NCBI GenBank assembly: GCA_017985015.1
Contig: JAGNYI010000005.1
Location: forward strand, 21,041 to 85,040
DNA length: 64,000 nucleotides
Origin: Giesbergeria sp.
Lineage (GTDB): Bacteria; Pseudomonadota; Gammaproteobacteria; Burkholderiales; Burkholderiaceae_C
Direction: 5' to 3'
Shown: in pieces, positions 62,503 through 64,000 of the stretch
Numbering within the stretch: the stretch's first letter is position 1
Layout of the letters: each line of letters opens with the position of its first letter
The notes under the pieces: generated by a model
Told to the model about the DNA's origin: nothing
Seen by the model: only the letters and a program-made list of their open reading frames with translations
The model's database searches: none
Program-made: the position numbers and the translations under genes

Positions 62503-62988
62503 CGCCTGCGCAAGGGGCAGTTTTGTCTCGAATTTCGCTCGGCGCGTGGCGAAGTGCAGTTTCACGTTGCGCACGTTGGCATCCTGCGTGAACAGGCGCG
62601 CGGCAAGCTGCAGGTAATGCGGCATGTCGCGCACTTGCAGTACCAGCACGAAGTCAGCCCCCGAGGCCATGCGCCAGCACTGCGCCACGCAGGGCTCGGC
62701 CACGGCGCGGGCCTCGAAGGCGTCCTGCGCCTCGGCGGTCTGGCGGTCCAGCAGCACTTCGCCCACCGCGTGCAGGCCATGGCCCAATGCCGCTGCCAGC
62801 ACCTCAGGGTCCAGGATGGCCACCTGCCGCGCGATGAGACCGGCCTCCCGCAGCCTGCGCACGCGGCGCAGGCAGGTGGGAGGTGATATCCCCAGTAGCG
62901 CAGCGAGTTGCTGGTTGGTGGGGGTGGCGTCTTGCTGCAGCGCCGCAAGAAGTTCTAAATCAATACTATCAAGCGATAAAGTTTCCAT
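62497..62988 (-). CDS. Lrp/AsnC family transcriptional regulator
   Basis: LDSIDLELLAALQQDATPTNQQLAALLGISPPTCLRRVRRLREAGLI. ATG at 62988. Divergent from glmS. Confidence 0.85.
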   Translation of the reverse strand: METLSLDSIDLELLAALQQDATPTNQQLAALLGISPPTCLRRVRRLREAGLIARQVAILDPEVLAAALGHGLHAVGEVLLDRQTAEAQDAFEARAVAEPCVAQCWRMASGADFVLVLQVRDMPHYLQLAARLFTQDANVRNVKLHFATRRAKFETKLPLAQAQ

Positions 62989-63106
62989 ATATTTCACATA
63001 CCCAGATTTATGAATTTTATGGAAATAATTTTTGAAAAACAATGCCACACATTTCTAATCGCAAAATCTAGTATTCCGCCTGTTCTTTCCACAGCAAAGG
63101 CTTTCC

Positions 63107-64000
63107 ATGTGCGGAATCGTTGGCGCAGTTGCGCTCCATGACATCGTTCCCACGCTCGTCCAGGGCTTGCAGCGGCTGGAATACCGCGGCTACGACTCCT
63201 GCGGTGTTGCCATTCACGCCGCCAGCCTGGACCCGACCGCCGCCGGAGGCCTGGTGCGCGCGCGCAGCACCCAGCGCGTGGCCGAGTTGCTGGAACAGGT
63301 GCGCACCGAGCACTTGAGCGGCGGCACCGGCATTGCCCACACCCGTTGGGCCACGCACGGTGCGCCCGCGGTGCACAACGCCCATCCGCATTTCAGCCAC
63401 GGTTGCATGCCGGGCGCCGCCACGCAGCCCGGCCGCGTCGCCGTGGTGCACAACGGCATCATTGAAAACTACGAGCAGCTGCGCGAGCGTTTGCAGGCGC
63501 GCGGTTACGTGTTTGCCAGCCAGACCGACACCGAAGTCATTGCCCACCTCATCGACCACCACTACAGCGGCGACCTGTTTGCCGCCGTGCAGGCCAGCAT
63601 TGCCGAGCTGCGCGGCGCTTACGCCATTGCCGTGATGCACAAGGATGAACCCCACCGCGTGGTGGGCGCCCGTGCCGGCTCGCCGCTGGTGCTGGGTGTG
63701 GGCGCGGGTGGCGAGGCGCACTTCCTGGCGAGCGATGCCATGGCGCTGGCGGGCGTCACCGACCAGATCGTCTACCTCGAAGAAGGCGACATTGCCGACC
63801 TGCAGCGCGGCCGCTACTGGATTGTGGGTGGCAGCGGCAAACCGCTCAGCCAGGCCGATCGCCCGGTGCGCACCGTCCACGCCCACAGCGGCGCAGTGGA
63901 CCTCGGGCCTTATCGCCACTACATGCAAAAGGAAATTTTCGAGCAGCCGCGCGCCATTGCCGACACGCTCGAAGGTGTGGCTGGCATCGTCCCCGAACTG
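63107..64000 (+). CDS. glmS: glutamine--fructose-6-phosphate aminotransferase (3' end outside window)
   Basis: Hand translation from the ATG at 63107 gives [37 protein letters not shown]...[11 protein letters not shown]. Open to the window edge, which probably explains its absence from the ORF track. Confidence 0.9.
   Translation, partial: MCGIVGAVALHDIVPTLVQGLQRLEYRGYDSCGVAIHAASLDPTAAGGLVRARSTQRVAELLEQVRTEHLSGGTGIAHTRWATHGAPAVHNAHPHFSHGCMPGAATQPGRVAVVHNGIIENYEQLRERLQARGYVFASQTDTEVIAHLIDHHYSGDLFAAVQASIAELRGAYAIAVMHKDEPHRVVGARAGSPLVLGVGAGGEAHFLASDAMALAGVTDQIVYLEEGDIADLQRGRYWIVGGSGKPLSQADRPVRTVHAHSGAVDLGPYRHYMQKEIFEQPRAIADTLEGVAGIVPEL

Noticed and set aside
62989-63106. glmS ribozyme in the glmS leader
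   Set aside because: That ribozyme is characteristic of Gram-positive bacteria. The 118-nt AT-rich leader is too short and shows none of the conserved core I recall.
63068-63928. 286-aa minus-strand ORF listed in the track
   Set aside because: Antisense to glmS, whose N-terminal MCGIVG and downstream GATase motifs are unambiguous on the + strand.

Overview
High-GC chromosomal segment from a betaproteobacterium. Gene order (erpA-anmK-M23 peptidase-tyrS, rplM-rpsI, an SAH riboswitch before ahcY) suggests Burkholderiales, probably Comamonadaceae; this is inference. I call about 57 protein genes, mostly core metabolism and housekeeping. They include a leucine/isovalerate (liu-type) catabolic cluster, actP-yjcH, prfC, ahcY-tlyA-metF, rlmJ, rplM-rpsI, erpA, anmK, tyrS, glmU and glmS (3' partial, absent from the ORF track). 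Also present are an accessory cbb3-like oxidase cluster, an ornithine cyclodeaminase module, cbpA-cbpM, two GGDEF proteins, a Ser/Thr kinase and several regulators. No rRNA, tRNA, CRISPR array or intact mobile element was seen; there is one truncated IS630 transposase remnant. Three things stand out. (1) Two short dispersed repeat families are present. F1 is AT-rich, about 70 bp, with 12 copies, 11 in one orientation. F2 is a GC-rich hairpin element. Both occupy intergenic gaps and also sit in-frame inside conserved genes (glmU, tlyA, a HAD hydrolase, a DUF1289 gene), and seven copies lie in one giant gene. This resembles the Rickettsia palindromic elements. (2) That giant gene is a fused double UvrA of about 2120 aa with four ABC modules. 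(3) A four-gene, translationally coupled module encodes a small membrane protein, an SLC5-domain histidine kinase, a receiver-only regulator and a membrane/HAMP/kinase-like protein fused to a DEDDh exonuclease. It converges on a cNMP/CBS/DUF294 nucleotidyltransferase gene, in the same window as actP-yjcH. All functional calls come from motif and family recognition by eye; no database search was run.
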